64,000 nt of DNA, from NCBI GenBank assembly GCA_002633005.1, contig NMRA01000125.1, forward strand, positions 504,638 to 568,637, written 5' to 3'. Of the stretch, positions 25,401-35,313 are shown one piece after another. The translations under genes were made by a program, and so were the position numbers. The DNA is from Phoronis australis (lineage: Eukaryota > Animalia > Phoronida). Numbering within the stretch: the stretch's first letter is position 1; every line of letters starts with the position of its first letter. The notes beneath the pieces are model-generated. The model worked only from the letters and a program-made list of their open reading frames with translations, had not been told where the DNA came from and did no database searches.

Positions 25401-28400
25401 TTGCATTAGGAACTGGGCACACCAGACTAATCGTTGAATGAATTCTCTGGCTCTTAGCAAGTAGGTAGAACGAAAAAATATTTGAACATCTTTAGACCTG
25501 ATTAATTCACTTGTATAACTTTTATCTATTCTTGCTCAACATACATCAGTTGGATCAGCGTTAGCTGGCACAGCAGACGATTTCTTCATCCATACAATGC
25601 AGAGGACTAATAAGACAACTAGACTGGTCTAGGGTTCATTAAAGGCGAAGGCAACCTTTATTCATGTCATTTTTAGCAAAAAATAAGGTTTGTTGGCTAT
25701 CCCAGACATATTTTACACTTAATTGAAATTTTTCACAATTTAATTAATTACTCGCCCTCTACTCCAGAAGTGACGTTTTGGGAGGCAAGAATTTCACGCC
25801 AATTTGGCTCTGCATGGAGTTTATTGTGAGGATCTGTACTACTTTTGTTTTCGGGCTGTTTTTCTAAAATTGTCATCACCACTTCCCATCGACGAGTTTT
25901 CTACGACAAACTAGGTTGTTAGAGAACCCAATTACATTGGATTTAGGGATTTTTTAGTTTGTATTAATCTGAAAATGACTGGAGTCGGCGACCCATATCA
26001 CATTGACAGTAGTGACGTGAGTAACGGAGACATTATTCATATAGCAGTGGTGACGAGGAATTTTTTCACGGACAGTCAGTGGGTAGGTATACTTTGTATG
26101 TTTGAGAGCGAGTATAATGAGGCAGAGTACGCACAGGCACAACTGTCCCACTTGTCCGAGTGTACCGCAACACACTCCCACTGGATGGTGACCTGAGCAC
26201 CCAAAATGCTTACATCCCACAGTGTGACTCCCTCGGCGCCACACACCTGGCACCTTCTAAATAGCTCCAATACTTTAGACAAGTCCACAGTAAACTTATC
26301 AAAGTTTGGCTCACCGATCTGTTCATTGGACGAGGAACTGTCCTCTTCACCGGGTGACGAACTGGGCCTATATTCACTCCCACTACTCAACATCGCTGCA
26401 GGGCTGCTTACAGGCTGTGTTACAAACAACAGCACAGGGCGAATCACTGCTAGTTCCCAGAATTGCACGCTCTGTACCTTCGGAGGCACCGGTGACAGTA
26501 GATGAAGTGCCTCCAGTCACTGTAGTGGACATAGATCGCGAAGCTTCTCGCTTCAAAAATGCACTTCTCGGGGGTGGCGACGAAGCACTGCCGGGAATCA
26601 ACAGCTACAGTATCGTACCCTACTTCAGGCGTTGTTTCACAGGGACCTTCAACAATTCAGCGTACATATCCCTCTCGTAATCTGACGGCAAAAAATGCTT
26701 GCCACACACTCGGTAACCCTCCACTGCTTTGAACGTTGCGTTGACAGGTAACGCTGCGTTCTTCACACGAGCAAGCCAAGTTCAGCGAAGTGTGTCATCC
26801 TTTGGAAAGCAATGCAAAGCCTGGTATTCCCAAAGCGCGCGTGAGACGATAATGAGTACATCCCGGTACGCAGCAACAGTGTGGCATGTTGTCTGACTCG
26901 TAAACAAAAGCAAACGACGACCGAACTTATCACAACCGAGGTAGAACAATGACCGACTCGACAGCTCTCAGTCAGACTATATGAAAAGAAATTGGCGTGA
27001 TATTCTTGCCTCCAAAAACATCACTGCTGTAGTAGGGCACGAGTAATTAATAAAATTACGAAAAGCTGTAATTAAGTGAAAAATATGTCTGGGGTAACCA
27101 ACGAACCTTATTTTCGCTAAAAAAGACATGAAAAAAGGTTGCCTTACCCTTTAAGCTATTAACAATTTCGTGCAATATCATTCACATTGTTGCATGGCCT
27201 CATTTGTAAATCTGGAATGAATAAAAATTCTAAGCATTTCTCCACCCACTTCATCACAGTTAACTGGCGCTTCACCATTTTAAAAAAGTTAATATCAAGG
27301 TCATTTGTTGACTGTTGCCTGCTTCCTTGACTGTATCCAATTGCTGTGCATTGTCGAATAACCAGGCAGTACCGCAAGTCGGCCAGTTCACTCAGCAAAC
27401 GCAAGCAAAGAATGGGATAAAATGATTAGGTTTGACAAGGGGAAAAGTTCAAAATCCGCTTTTCCTGTTCAATCCACAAACATTGACAGTAGCCATTAAC
27501 TAGTGTATTGCAATATATTTTTACCAGCAATTTTTGCGAAGTGTTGAAGTTTTCCAGTCGGGATTAGATGTGTGGCGGTCAATTTCCGCAAGATTACGAG
27601 TGGCAGGGCCAAAAAGGAGCATGAAAGGACACCCAGATTTTAACACGCATGGGAACACTGCAGCACATTAGTAAAGTAAAGAATGCCATTACAAAGATAC
27701 ATACGTCAGAAGCTGTGCCGGAAGTCAGATAAATACGCGTGAGAAGTCTGGCGGGTTCGCAATGACTGACTACTGCCTGACTTTCAATTAGGGTAATTCA
27801 TTGTCTGAGCCCAATTGAAGAACAAGCAGAAGGTAATCACGAGTCACCTAGGAGTGAGACTGAGAACTTTGCCAGAATTCTGGAGAATTTATTATAAGAT
27901 CTTTATGATGGTGTAAGCAGTACTCCTACTTTACTTAAAGGTGTACACTAGAGATTGAAAAAATTAAGCTCCCACAGCAGAATGGCTAGCTAGGCGACAC
28001 TGGTCGGATATAGTGAGCCTGATTTTGAGAACCAGGCAATAACTAAACAACGAGCCTGTTATTTAGAGGATGAAATTGGTTCTCTAAATCACAGTTCACT
28101 ATACTAATGGGATCTTATTTTGATCAGTTAAAATCTAAACTACTATCTATCGTAAATGAAGGAGGATATACTAGATGCTTCGGAAGTCTGGTGAGATCTC
28201 GCCACTGCATGACCTGTATCAATCATTACCTTCATGCCTGACCAAAGTTAAGCAACAGCCAATCACAGTGATTGATACCAATGTAATGGCAAGATTGCAT
28301 TAAACATTGCCAGAATTCAGGTGCATCACCGGACATCCAGCACATCTATGCTAGCCTACACAATATTCCCTTCTTTACTTATAGGGTGTGCCGTGAATAG

Positions 28401-28708
28401 GTTCTGACAGATTGTAACAAGCTCCCGCCCAGTGTGGTGGCAGGGCCAGCAATAGCCTTGGTACAAAGAAAGCTGTAATATAACGGCGAGCGGTTGATGA
28501 GAGTGCCTGAGCTCGAATGACAATCAACACGTCACAGGCTCGACAGAGTTGGTTTAGAAAGTAGGCCTACCAGGCTGGCAGGCTAGAGACGTTCACTTGA
28601 GCTCACTATACAAGGTATAAGCTGTGACATCGCGTATAAAGAATCATGTGGGTCACTTTCATGGCAAATACCTTGAAAACTTTGCTTGTTCGCTTTCTTT
28701 TTCGCCAT
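7443..28708 (-). CDS. 14-exon, 746-aa protein: about 500-aa S/K/R/E-rich disordered N-terminus plus C-terminal Fta4/Nkp1-like (kinetochore CCAN/Sim4 complex) domain
   Basis: Exons in transcript order: 28708-28672, 24323-24217, 23258-23129, 22176-22123, 21135-20992, 20145-20045, 18835-17905, 17204-17073, 15551-15486, 15032-14810, 12883-12805, 11308-11215, 9795-9730, 7519-7443 (TGA). All junctions are GT-AG and phase-consistent, giving 2241 nt open. C-terminal motifs: FVQDHVLLSRTPF, LPRSIVSKMISKLN, HSQTKIRNLLERLDRL, DLQECLDSYPDAW, ERYALLKRQLVHL, MNAEIKRTESLVSRV. ATTAAA on the minus strand near 7020. The gene structure is well supported; the family call is by eye. Confidence 0.75.
7887..8750. 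mobile_element. Palindromic (foldback) MITE of family X in the last intron of the Fta4-like gene
   Basis: Left arm (about 7890-8230) is the degenerate reverse complement of the right arm (about 8400-8750), e.g. gatcctgttgttttgctatgaa versus ttcatagcaaaacaacaggatc. Confidence 0.6.
8036..9701. repeat. About 0.8-kb near-identical direct duplication across a single N (probably two alleles assembled in tandem)
   Basis: 8036-8863 is repeated at 8865-9701. The copies differ by SNPs, a (TAT)n expansion near 8946 and an indel near 9520. A single N lies at 8864, preceded by three copies of ggtcctacatttccttcaca(tac). Confidence 0.8.
10007..10337. repeat. About 165-bp direct duplication across a single N (likely assembly overlap)
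   Basis: atgaacctaccagc...cagaactcgtc occurs at about 10007-10171 and again at 10173-10337, with N at 10172 and one visible substitution. Confidence 0.8.
10700..11135. repeat. Degenerate tandem repeat block, unit about 120-130 bp
   Basis: Recurring motifs gatacagaggcaaa, ccactagggggcac, gccaaatttcac and aagatcc; same family as 13700-14720. Confidence 0.55.
12965..13170. repeat. Purine-rich (GA/GGGA) low-complexity tract
   Basis: About 200 bp almost entirely G/A (gggagggagagaggaggg...). It explains the spurious Pro/Ser/Leu ORFs at 12725-13265. Confidence 0.9.
13700..14720. repeat. Degenerate tandem repeat array (roughly 8 units of about 125 bp) carrying CTCF-like motifs
   Basis: Periodic gccaa(a)ttt(t)c, gatac(a)gaggcaaac and (c/a)actag(g/a)(g/t)ggc blocks near 13790, 13911, 14060, 14160, 14440 and 14560. 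Confidence 0.6.
15759..15902. repeat. Tandem duplication, about 69-bp unit x2
   Basis: gctggagacta(c/a)tatgcacattgagt(g/t)ggcttgacacggctggtcactgtaggcactgacaaca(t/a)catg occurs twice. Confidence 0.9.
17564..17652 (+). mobile_element. Fragment of a Kolobok-like terminus, shared with 59196-59280
   Basis: ggctcgcgaaatcgaggctgttaatcta...gcgcgccctctag...gtaaatttt...aatagccccatt is the reverse complement of 59196-59275, which ends in CCCT followed by TTAA. Confidence 0.5.
25643..27150 (-). mobile_element. Non-autonomous Kolobok DNA transposon (internal-deletion derivative) in intron 1 of the Fta4-like gene
   Basis: TTAA at 25639-25642 and 27151-27154, AGG...CCT termini and about 160-bp imperfect TIRs. 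The minus strand from ATG 26887 encodes a disrupted THAP domain (MPHCCCVPGC..FP..WLARVKN..VCGKHF) and then a Kolobok-type Cys/His region (LLELFRRCQVC...IQWEC...HSDKWD). The plus strand from 25975 encodes the start of a convergent second ORF (..MFESEYNEAEYAQAQ). Confidence 0.85.
26143..26887 (-). pseudogene. THAP-domain Kolobok transposase N-terminal remnant
   Basis: THAP C2CH signature with a frameshift near 26820 and several in-frame stops; truncated before any DDE core. Confidence 0.8.
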
Positions 28709-28749
28709 GAAGACAAAGAAAACCAGAATTTAAGTAGACACAAAAGTGC

Positions 28750-28841
28750 TTCAAATTCTGAAGTGCGCGGGCAATTACCGATTGATAAGTGGTGACCCCT
28801 GGTGTAGATCACCGGCAATAGGCCACCAATCGAAAAATTGG
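28750..28841 (-). promoter_or_regulatory. Putative cell-cycle promoter module: CHR + E2F/CDE-like site + CCAAT boxes
   Basis: On the coding strand, TTGCCCGCGC (28774-28765) is followed by TTTGAA (28755-28750) about 40 nt upstream of the ATG. CCAAT at 28826-28830 and ATTGG at 28837-28841. Confidence 0.45.
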
Positions 28842-30584
28842 TTAACAAGGCTTACTTCTAGATAGTGAAAATTCGGTTTCTATTTCTTCGCTGTTTAGTC
28901 TTATTTTTGTTACAGGTTATTAATTGAACTAGACTTTATTGTACGTGGGTTTCACGTTCGTGACTAAGAAAATTAAAGTACCTAATGAACCTGCGTTCCG
29001 CGAATCAATTTTAAACCACCTATAAAATTGATCACAATTCAGTGTTACTTACTCGGTGAGAAATGATTTCTTATCTTGTAAAGAACTAAAATTTTGTAAT
29101 TCCTTGAGATCATGCTCGGCGCATAAAGGGGCACGCGGTGACAATATCTTCACAAATCTGTCTTAACATTAAAAGTTGAACAAAAATTTCCCTTTTATCG
29201 GTCTTGCCGTGAATAATACGCATACATGTACAAGGAAGTCACGCATTTCTAAAGATATGCGGGAATTTTCACCGCTCGTCCTTCTGAGCAGCTCAGTTGT
29301 ACCAGGATCAAAGAGAGCGCGGTGCCGGAATCAGGTACAGTTGTGATGATCGACCGCATTGCCCGATGCGAGCAAGACCCAATTACAAAATTATCCGACC
29401 ATGAACTGTATTAGACATCTCTGACTGTATATAATGGAGAATTTTCAAAATACGTTAAGCACTAATTTTCGTTATAAACGAACACCACGACGGTATTCCG
29501 AAGCTGAAAAAAAGTAACCAAGTACGGTTTTCGATTTTTAAAAATCGATGAACTAATAATCTAAAAACTACAACCATTGGGTACGATTGAAGATAAACTA
29601 CCGCGCGTATTGATATACTCGGTGGTTATACAAACGCTGATCAGAGTTAACAGTATCACATGGATTCATTTTTTACTATTATTTCAATCTCGTTTAATGT
29701 TTTTGACCAGGAAACGGTTGTTGTGCCCACTTTTCATTTTTTATTACTGACAAAGAACTAGTATAGTAGTCAGTGCCACCGAAATTGTCCAGAGATTCCA
29801 AATCTTCAGTTTGGTTATCACCATATTTGCGCATTTGTATATATTTTATGATTTGAGTTCTAATAAAGATTAAACTTTAATGACACGTGAAATGTTTAGT
29901 GTTCGTGTAATGTGGTAAGTTTGGGGATGGGCTCACAATGGTTAAGTTTAGCTGGCGATCAAAATCTACCACTGTTTTGGTACTTCAAGTTCAATACTTA
30001 GATAAAAAGTTATCAACCCGTTCCCGGTAAAAAAAAACAAGTGGACAGAAGCATTAAAAATTAAATAAAGAAAACCAATATGAAACATATCGTTCCTTTG
30101 GGAAGTGGTCTTTTGTGAAGATAAACACTAGTTAACCTTTTTAGTCATATTGTAATATTTATAATATACCAAGTTAAAACTACTCTCCAGAGTTGCAGGC
30201 TGTAACTCTGCAAATGTCAGAGAAAACCAAATTGGGGATACTAACAACAACCATTGTTGAGACAGTAATGCTAGCAATTACCTTTCCACTTCATTAGCTC
30301 AGATCTACATCAATACAAAGGGCGTGCTGAATAGGCATCGTAAAGGTTGACTGGGGCTTAGGGAGTCAGAGCGGTCATCAGTGTAAGCGAGAAATTCTCC
30401 ACTTGGTTGTATTATTTTAAGCGTCTTTACCCCGTGCTTTGTTTAGCTTGAAGCGCATTTTTATTTGGATCTCAACCCTACTCAAATGTGTTAATGGGGA
30501 ATCTCTCGAGACCATGCTCTGCCCAAAAAGTGACACGCCGTGATAACCCAACTTGTCAGATTGCACCCGCTCAACCAAAACCAA

Positions 30585-32537
30585 ATGGAAGGCAATATTT
30601 TTCATGTCATTTTTAGCAAAAATACGGTTAATTGATTATCCCTGACATATTTTTCTCTTAATTACAGTTTTTCGCAATTTGATTAATAATTCGTCCTCTA
30701 ATCCGGAATTGACGTTTTGAGATGCAAGAATTTCGCGCCAAATTCTTTATATTGTCCAACTGTGAGAGCTGTCGAGTCAGTCATTGTTCTACCTCGGTTG
30801 TGATAAGTTCGGTCGTCATTTGCGTTTGTTTAAAGGCGAAGGCAAACTTTTTCCATGTCATTTTGAGCTAAAATAAGGTTGGTTGGTTATCCTAGACATA
30901 TTTTCCACTTAATTACAGCTTTTCGTAATTTTATAAATTACTCGTCCGCTACTCCGGAAGTGACGTTTTAGGTGGCAAGCGTTTCCCGCCATTTGGTTTT
31001 GCGTTGACTTTACCGTGCGAATCTGTTCTATTCTACTTTTGTTTTGTGCTGTTTTTCAAAAATTGTCGCCACCACTTTCCATCGGTGAGTATTCTGCGGC
31101 AAGATAGGTTAGTAGCGAACTCAACTACGTTGGATTTAGGGATTGTTTAGTGTGTTGTAAGCTGAAAATGGCTGGAGTCGGTGACCCGTATCAATGTGAC
31201 AGTAGTGTTAGTGACGGAGACCTTGTTCACAGCAGTGGTGACGAGGAATTTTTTCACGGACATCCAATGGGGGGGGTACATGTTTGAGCCCGAGTGTAAC
31301 GAGGCAGAGTAAGCACAGGCACAGGCAGTTGTTGAGAGAAACGAGGCGGCTACTGAGGACAGACGTGGTGACACATCTTGGNNNNNNNNNNNNNNNNNNN
31401 NNNNNNNNNNNNNNNNNNNNNNNNNNNNNNNNNNNNNNNNNNNNNNNNNNNNNNNNNNNNNNNNNNNNNNNNNNNNNNNNNNNNNNNNNNNNNNNNNNNN
31501 NNNNNNNNNNNNNNNNNNNNNNNNNNNNNNNNNNNNNNNNNNNNNNNNNNNNNNNNNNNNNNNNNNNNNNNNNNNNNNNNNNNNNNNNNNNGTGAGCCGA
31601 TAATTAGTACATCCTGGTACGCAGCAACAGTGTGGCATGTTTACTGACTAGATATGAAAGCAAACGACGACGGAACTTAACACAACCGAGGTAGAACAAT
31701 GACTGACTCGGCAGCTCTCACAGTCAGACTATATGAAAAGAAATTGGCGCGAAATGTTTGCCTCCTAAAACGTCACTTCCGGAGTAGCGGACGCGTAATT
31801 AATAAAATTACGAAAAGCTGTAATTAAGTGGAAATATGTCTAGGATAACCAACCAACCTTATTTTAGCTCAAAATGACATGGAAAAAGGTTGCCTTCGCC
31901 TTTAAGAGTCAGTCAACATACCACACTGTTGCTGGGTACCGCGGTAAACTCATTATCGCCCAGACCCTGTAAGCAGCCCTGCTGCGATGTTGAGTAGGCT
32001 AGTGGGAGTGAATACAGGCCCAATTAGACACCGAGTGAACTGGACAGTTCGTCGTCCAATGAAAAGATCGGTGAGCCAAACTTTGATAAGTTATTGTGGA
32101 CTTGTCTAAAATATTGGAGCTATTTAGACGGTGTCAGGTGTGTGGCGAGGGAGTCACGCGGCCGGATGTAAGCAGTTTGTGTAATCAGGTAACCATCCAG
32201 TGGGAGTGTGCCGTGGGATACTCGGACAAGTGGGACAGATGTTACTCTGTCCGTGAGACGATAGTGAGTACATCCCGGCACGAAGCAACACTGTAGATGT
32301 TGACTGACTCGTAAACAAAAGCAAACGACGACCGAACGTAGAGCGATGACTGACTCGGCAGCTCTCACAGACGGTCTAGGAGAAACTGGCTCGAAGTTCT
32401 TGCCTCCCAAAACGTCTCACTTCCGGAGTAGCAGACGAGTAATTGTTTAAATTACAAAAAGCTTTAATTAACTGAAAAATATGTCTGGGATTATTTATTT
32501 TTGCTAAAAATGACATGAAGAAAGGTTTCCTTTGCCC
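30585..32537. mobile_element. Older Kolobok derivative of the same family with THAP-side ends at both termini; interrupted by a nested copy
   Basis: The left end (30585-30833, resuming at 31906) is TIR plus THAP leader on +. The right end (about 32250-32537) is THAP start plus TIR on -, ending CCC followed by TTAA. 32040-32240 repeats the DLSKILELFRRCQVC...QWEC..DKWD block on +. Confidence 0.7.
30834..31901 (-). mobile_element. Younger Kolobok derivative nested in an older copy; contains a gap
   Basis: TTAA at 30830-30833 and 31902-31905; near-perfect TIRs AGGCGAAGGCAAAC / GGTTGCCTTCGCCT. THAP start MPHCCCVPGCTNYRL at 31638 (-). KolX-like start MAGVGDPY...GGYMFEPEC..*..RRGDTSW at 31168 (+). 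Ns at 31382-31591. Confidence 0.85.
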
Positions 32538-33368
32538 TTAAGTCACTAAGTTGTAATTTGCATATTTTGTGAAAACGGTGTTTATACATATCAAACATCG
32601 AGTCAATACAATGTGAAGTACTCCGGCTAAGTCTGTTGTAAAAGATCTAATTCAGAAACGAACTTCCGTAGAAATCGGAAAAGTTACACATTGATCTATT
32701 GAGGGACGTGTCGCGAACAACCCTGATGGAAGCTGAAACTTGCATTTCGTTCTTTATTTAAATGGCTAAAAACAAAAATCGAAGTAGGTTTTTCAAATTC
32801 ATGAAATCGGTGGCATAACATTCTTCACCACGATCGATAGGATTCTAAAGTAAGAACAGACTCGTCAGCGGCTCAAAAATCGCTTCAGAATGTTTTGAAG
32901 TTGGTCCACCCTGAAATTATAGATTTGAAAATGACGCACTGCCTTAGTGTGCTTTGAGTTGTAGGCTCATTCGGCAATAATGCACTGAATAGATAAGCGT
33001 AGTAAAATTTTCAAACCCCGACTCGACATTGACAGCTAAGCACCGGTAAAAATTATGAACAGACTGAGCGCGCGTTTCGGTGCGGAATTAAAGTTCGATT
33101 TGTGACGTACATGAATAGGCAGTATATTGAACCAGAGTTTTTTAGTAGTATATAATACAAAATGAAATTGAATCCATTTCTAGCTTAGGATAAACAAACA
33201 AACAAACAAAAACAAAAAAGAACACAATTAAATGACCCAATTTCAGACACCTGTCCCCAAAAAACTATAGCGTATGGTACCTAAAATTATACATGCGAAA
33301 CAGCAGAATCTCTGACTGATTCCTTTACACGTCTCCACTGCTTGCTTGTATTTGTATTCCAAGGCCTT

Positions 33369-34039
33369 TCAGACACTTGTCTCGTGTTCTTGGTTCATGT
33401 AAACGAGAATCTCTGACAATTCGTCAGGACTCCTACGTCGCTCGTGTACATCTTGTTGATGAGAAATTAAATCAAGCTTCACCTGCTCAAGCGTGCTGTT
33501 GACGTATTTCGATACTTGGTCCTTGAGCTGACCGGAACTAACGTTAGAGAGTGTCTCCGGTAATTTTAATCCGCTATTTGGGCTCTTTGCTCCTGATCTA
33601 GAGTCCCCAATCAAAAAGCTGCCTTCCGAATCCATACATTGGGAATCGAGTTTGGTTCGAATTGACTGAGCGGCATCTTCACCGATTGACGAATGACTCA
33701 ACGGATGTTGAGCAACTCCAAGCTTACCATCAGATGCATCGTCAAGAACATGAGATGAATCTGTCCTTGTGTGGGCACTGGTCGCAGGGGTATTTACGGG
33801 AGCGCCCGCCGTCCTTACGCTTGTCGTCTTACCTACGCTGCGGCTCTCTACATCGGTTTCTTCTAAATATTCCCCGGCTGAGCCTGCATAATGCTGACCT
33901 TTCTGAACAGAGCTTCCTGTGTCTTTCCGTGAACCCGTTTTACTCTTCGGATCAAAACAACCGCAACAAGAGAGGAAGAGTGCAGAAGAAATCAACACCG
34001 CAGTGGACAGCATCACAATGACGATTGTGAATTCGGAAC
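33369..34039 (-). CDS. Orphan single-pass membrane/signal-anchor protein with a Cys cluster and disordered tail (terminal exon)
   Basis: Open exon after acceptor ttacag at 34040: (G)SEFTIVIVMLSTAVLISSALFLSCCGCFDPKSK followed by about 190 aa of S/T/D/E-rich sequence. The start is either ATG 34013 or an upstream phase-1 micro-exon such as 37494-37482 (MTKT-G, then gtaagt). Confidence 0.6.
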
Positions 34040-35232
34040 CTGTAATATGTTGTAAGGGTAAGGTAAATCACGATACTAGTTGAATTTACATGCATTCAGC
34101 TTGAAGGTAATATTGCTACTAAAGACAGAAGGAGCCGATTCAGTTTTCAGTGAAACGATGATACGAAGCCGAAATGAGAGATTATGCTGATGGAGGAATG
34201 TGTGAGCAAACTGTCTATAGTGGAGATTTTAACAACAACGTATTACCGCCTTTACACAACTAAAAAGGGATGCTGCAGGTTTAATCATGGTCTTTTATTC
34301 AAGAGCTCCTGAAAGCTTCTTCAAAAATTTTCACCTCAGCCAACTTCATCTCAAGTTTTTAGTACAGAGTTTACGAGAAAAGTTAATGAATTCAAAGCAG
34401 ACGAAAAATAGCAGTAAATCATTCCAATGTTTGCCATAAAGATATCTTTCATAAGTTTGCTGATTTTTTACGAAGCAAAATTTTGTCAACTTTTCTGAAA
34501 GCTACTGTACGCAGGTATAGAAGTTTTTTGTTTGTCTTGAATTGTCCTTTTGCATATCATGCATGTAATTAAAAAGTTAAAAAAAACGCGTTAATTCAGT
34601 TTGTGGACGCGTGCAGCATTTCGCTTATTTTGCCTTCGTAGAGTCATGGCAGTTTACCCACAATGCTCCGGTTCTCAACTTTCGTGTTTGTCCGACTGTG
34701 AGTCTAAAATTCTACCTGCGGTGTTCGTTGTTCTGTTTACATTCCTTGTTCATTGGCCTATAATCAGTCATAAAATTCAAAATCCAATAACCTGGACTTC
34801 ATTGTGGTCAGAGTGGTGCCTTTAAACCGCTTAAAACTACCATTTCCCTTGTTTTGACAAATGACTACATTGACAGCATCATTGAACTTAGTAACAGTGC
34901 TTATCACAGCCGTGAATTTAATATCCCATAAACGAGAAAATAGAAAAAAAAGTTTTTAAATGAAAGTTTCTTAACTCCACAGAAACGAGTGTGACGTATG
35001 AACGTACTCCGCGCCAGTGTGTCATGTCCACCAACTTCCACAGATGTTTTTTATATAAACTTGTGCCATATCCGCGCTTCTTTGGTGTCCCGCGGGAATG
35101 TGAAGAGCCAGAGCGTGCTCAAACACCACCAACCTCGCCATTTTTTTATTATGTGACAAGGCACGGGAAAACAATCAGCAATATCTGACAATTTTTCACA
35201 CTAAACACAACGGAGGACAACTAATACTGTGA

Positions 35233-35313
35233 CTGATTGGTTATCTCTATTCCACGTAGTATGTTGTATCAACCAATAAATGCTCGCAACTCGAGATCAG
35301 TGAATTGACGTCA
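35233..35313. promoter_or_regulatory. Two CCAAT boxes and a full CRE (TGACGTCA) upstream of the 33.4-kb membrane-protein exon
   Basis: ATTGG near 35236, CCAAT near 35273 and TGACGTCA at 35306-35313, in a locally CpG-richer stretch. Confidence 0.3.

Noticed and set aside
26143-26887. Domesticated host THAP transcription-factor gene
   Set aside because: Bounded by TIRs and TTAA duplications, multi-copy in the window, and disrupted by a frameshift and stops.
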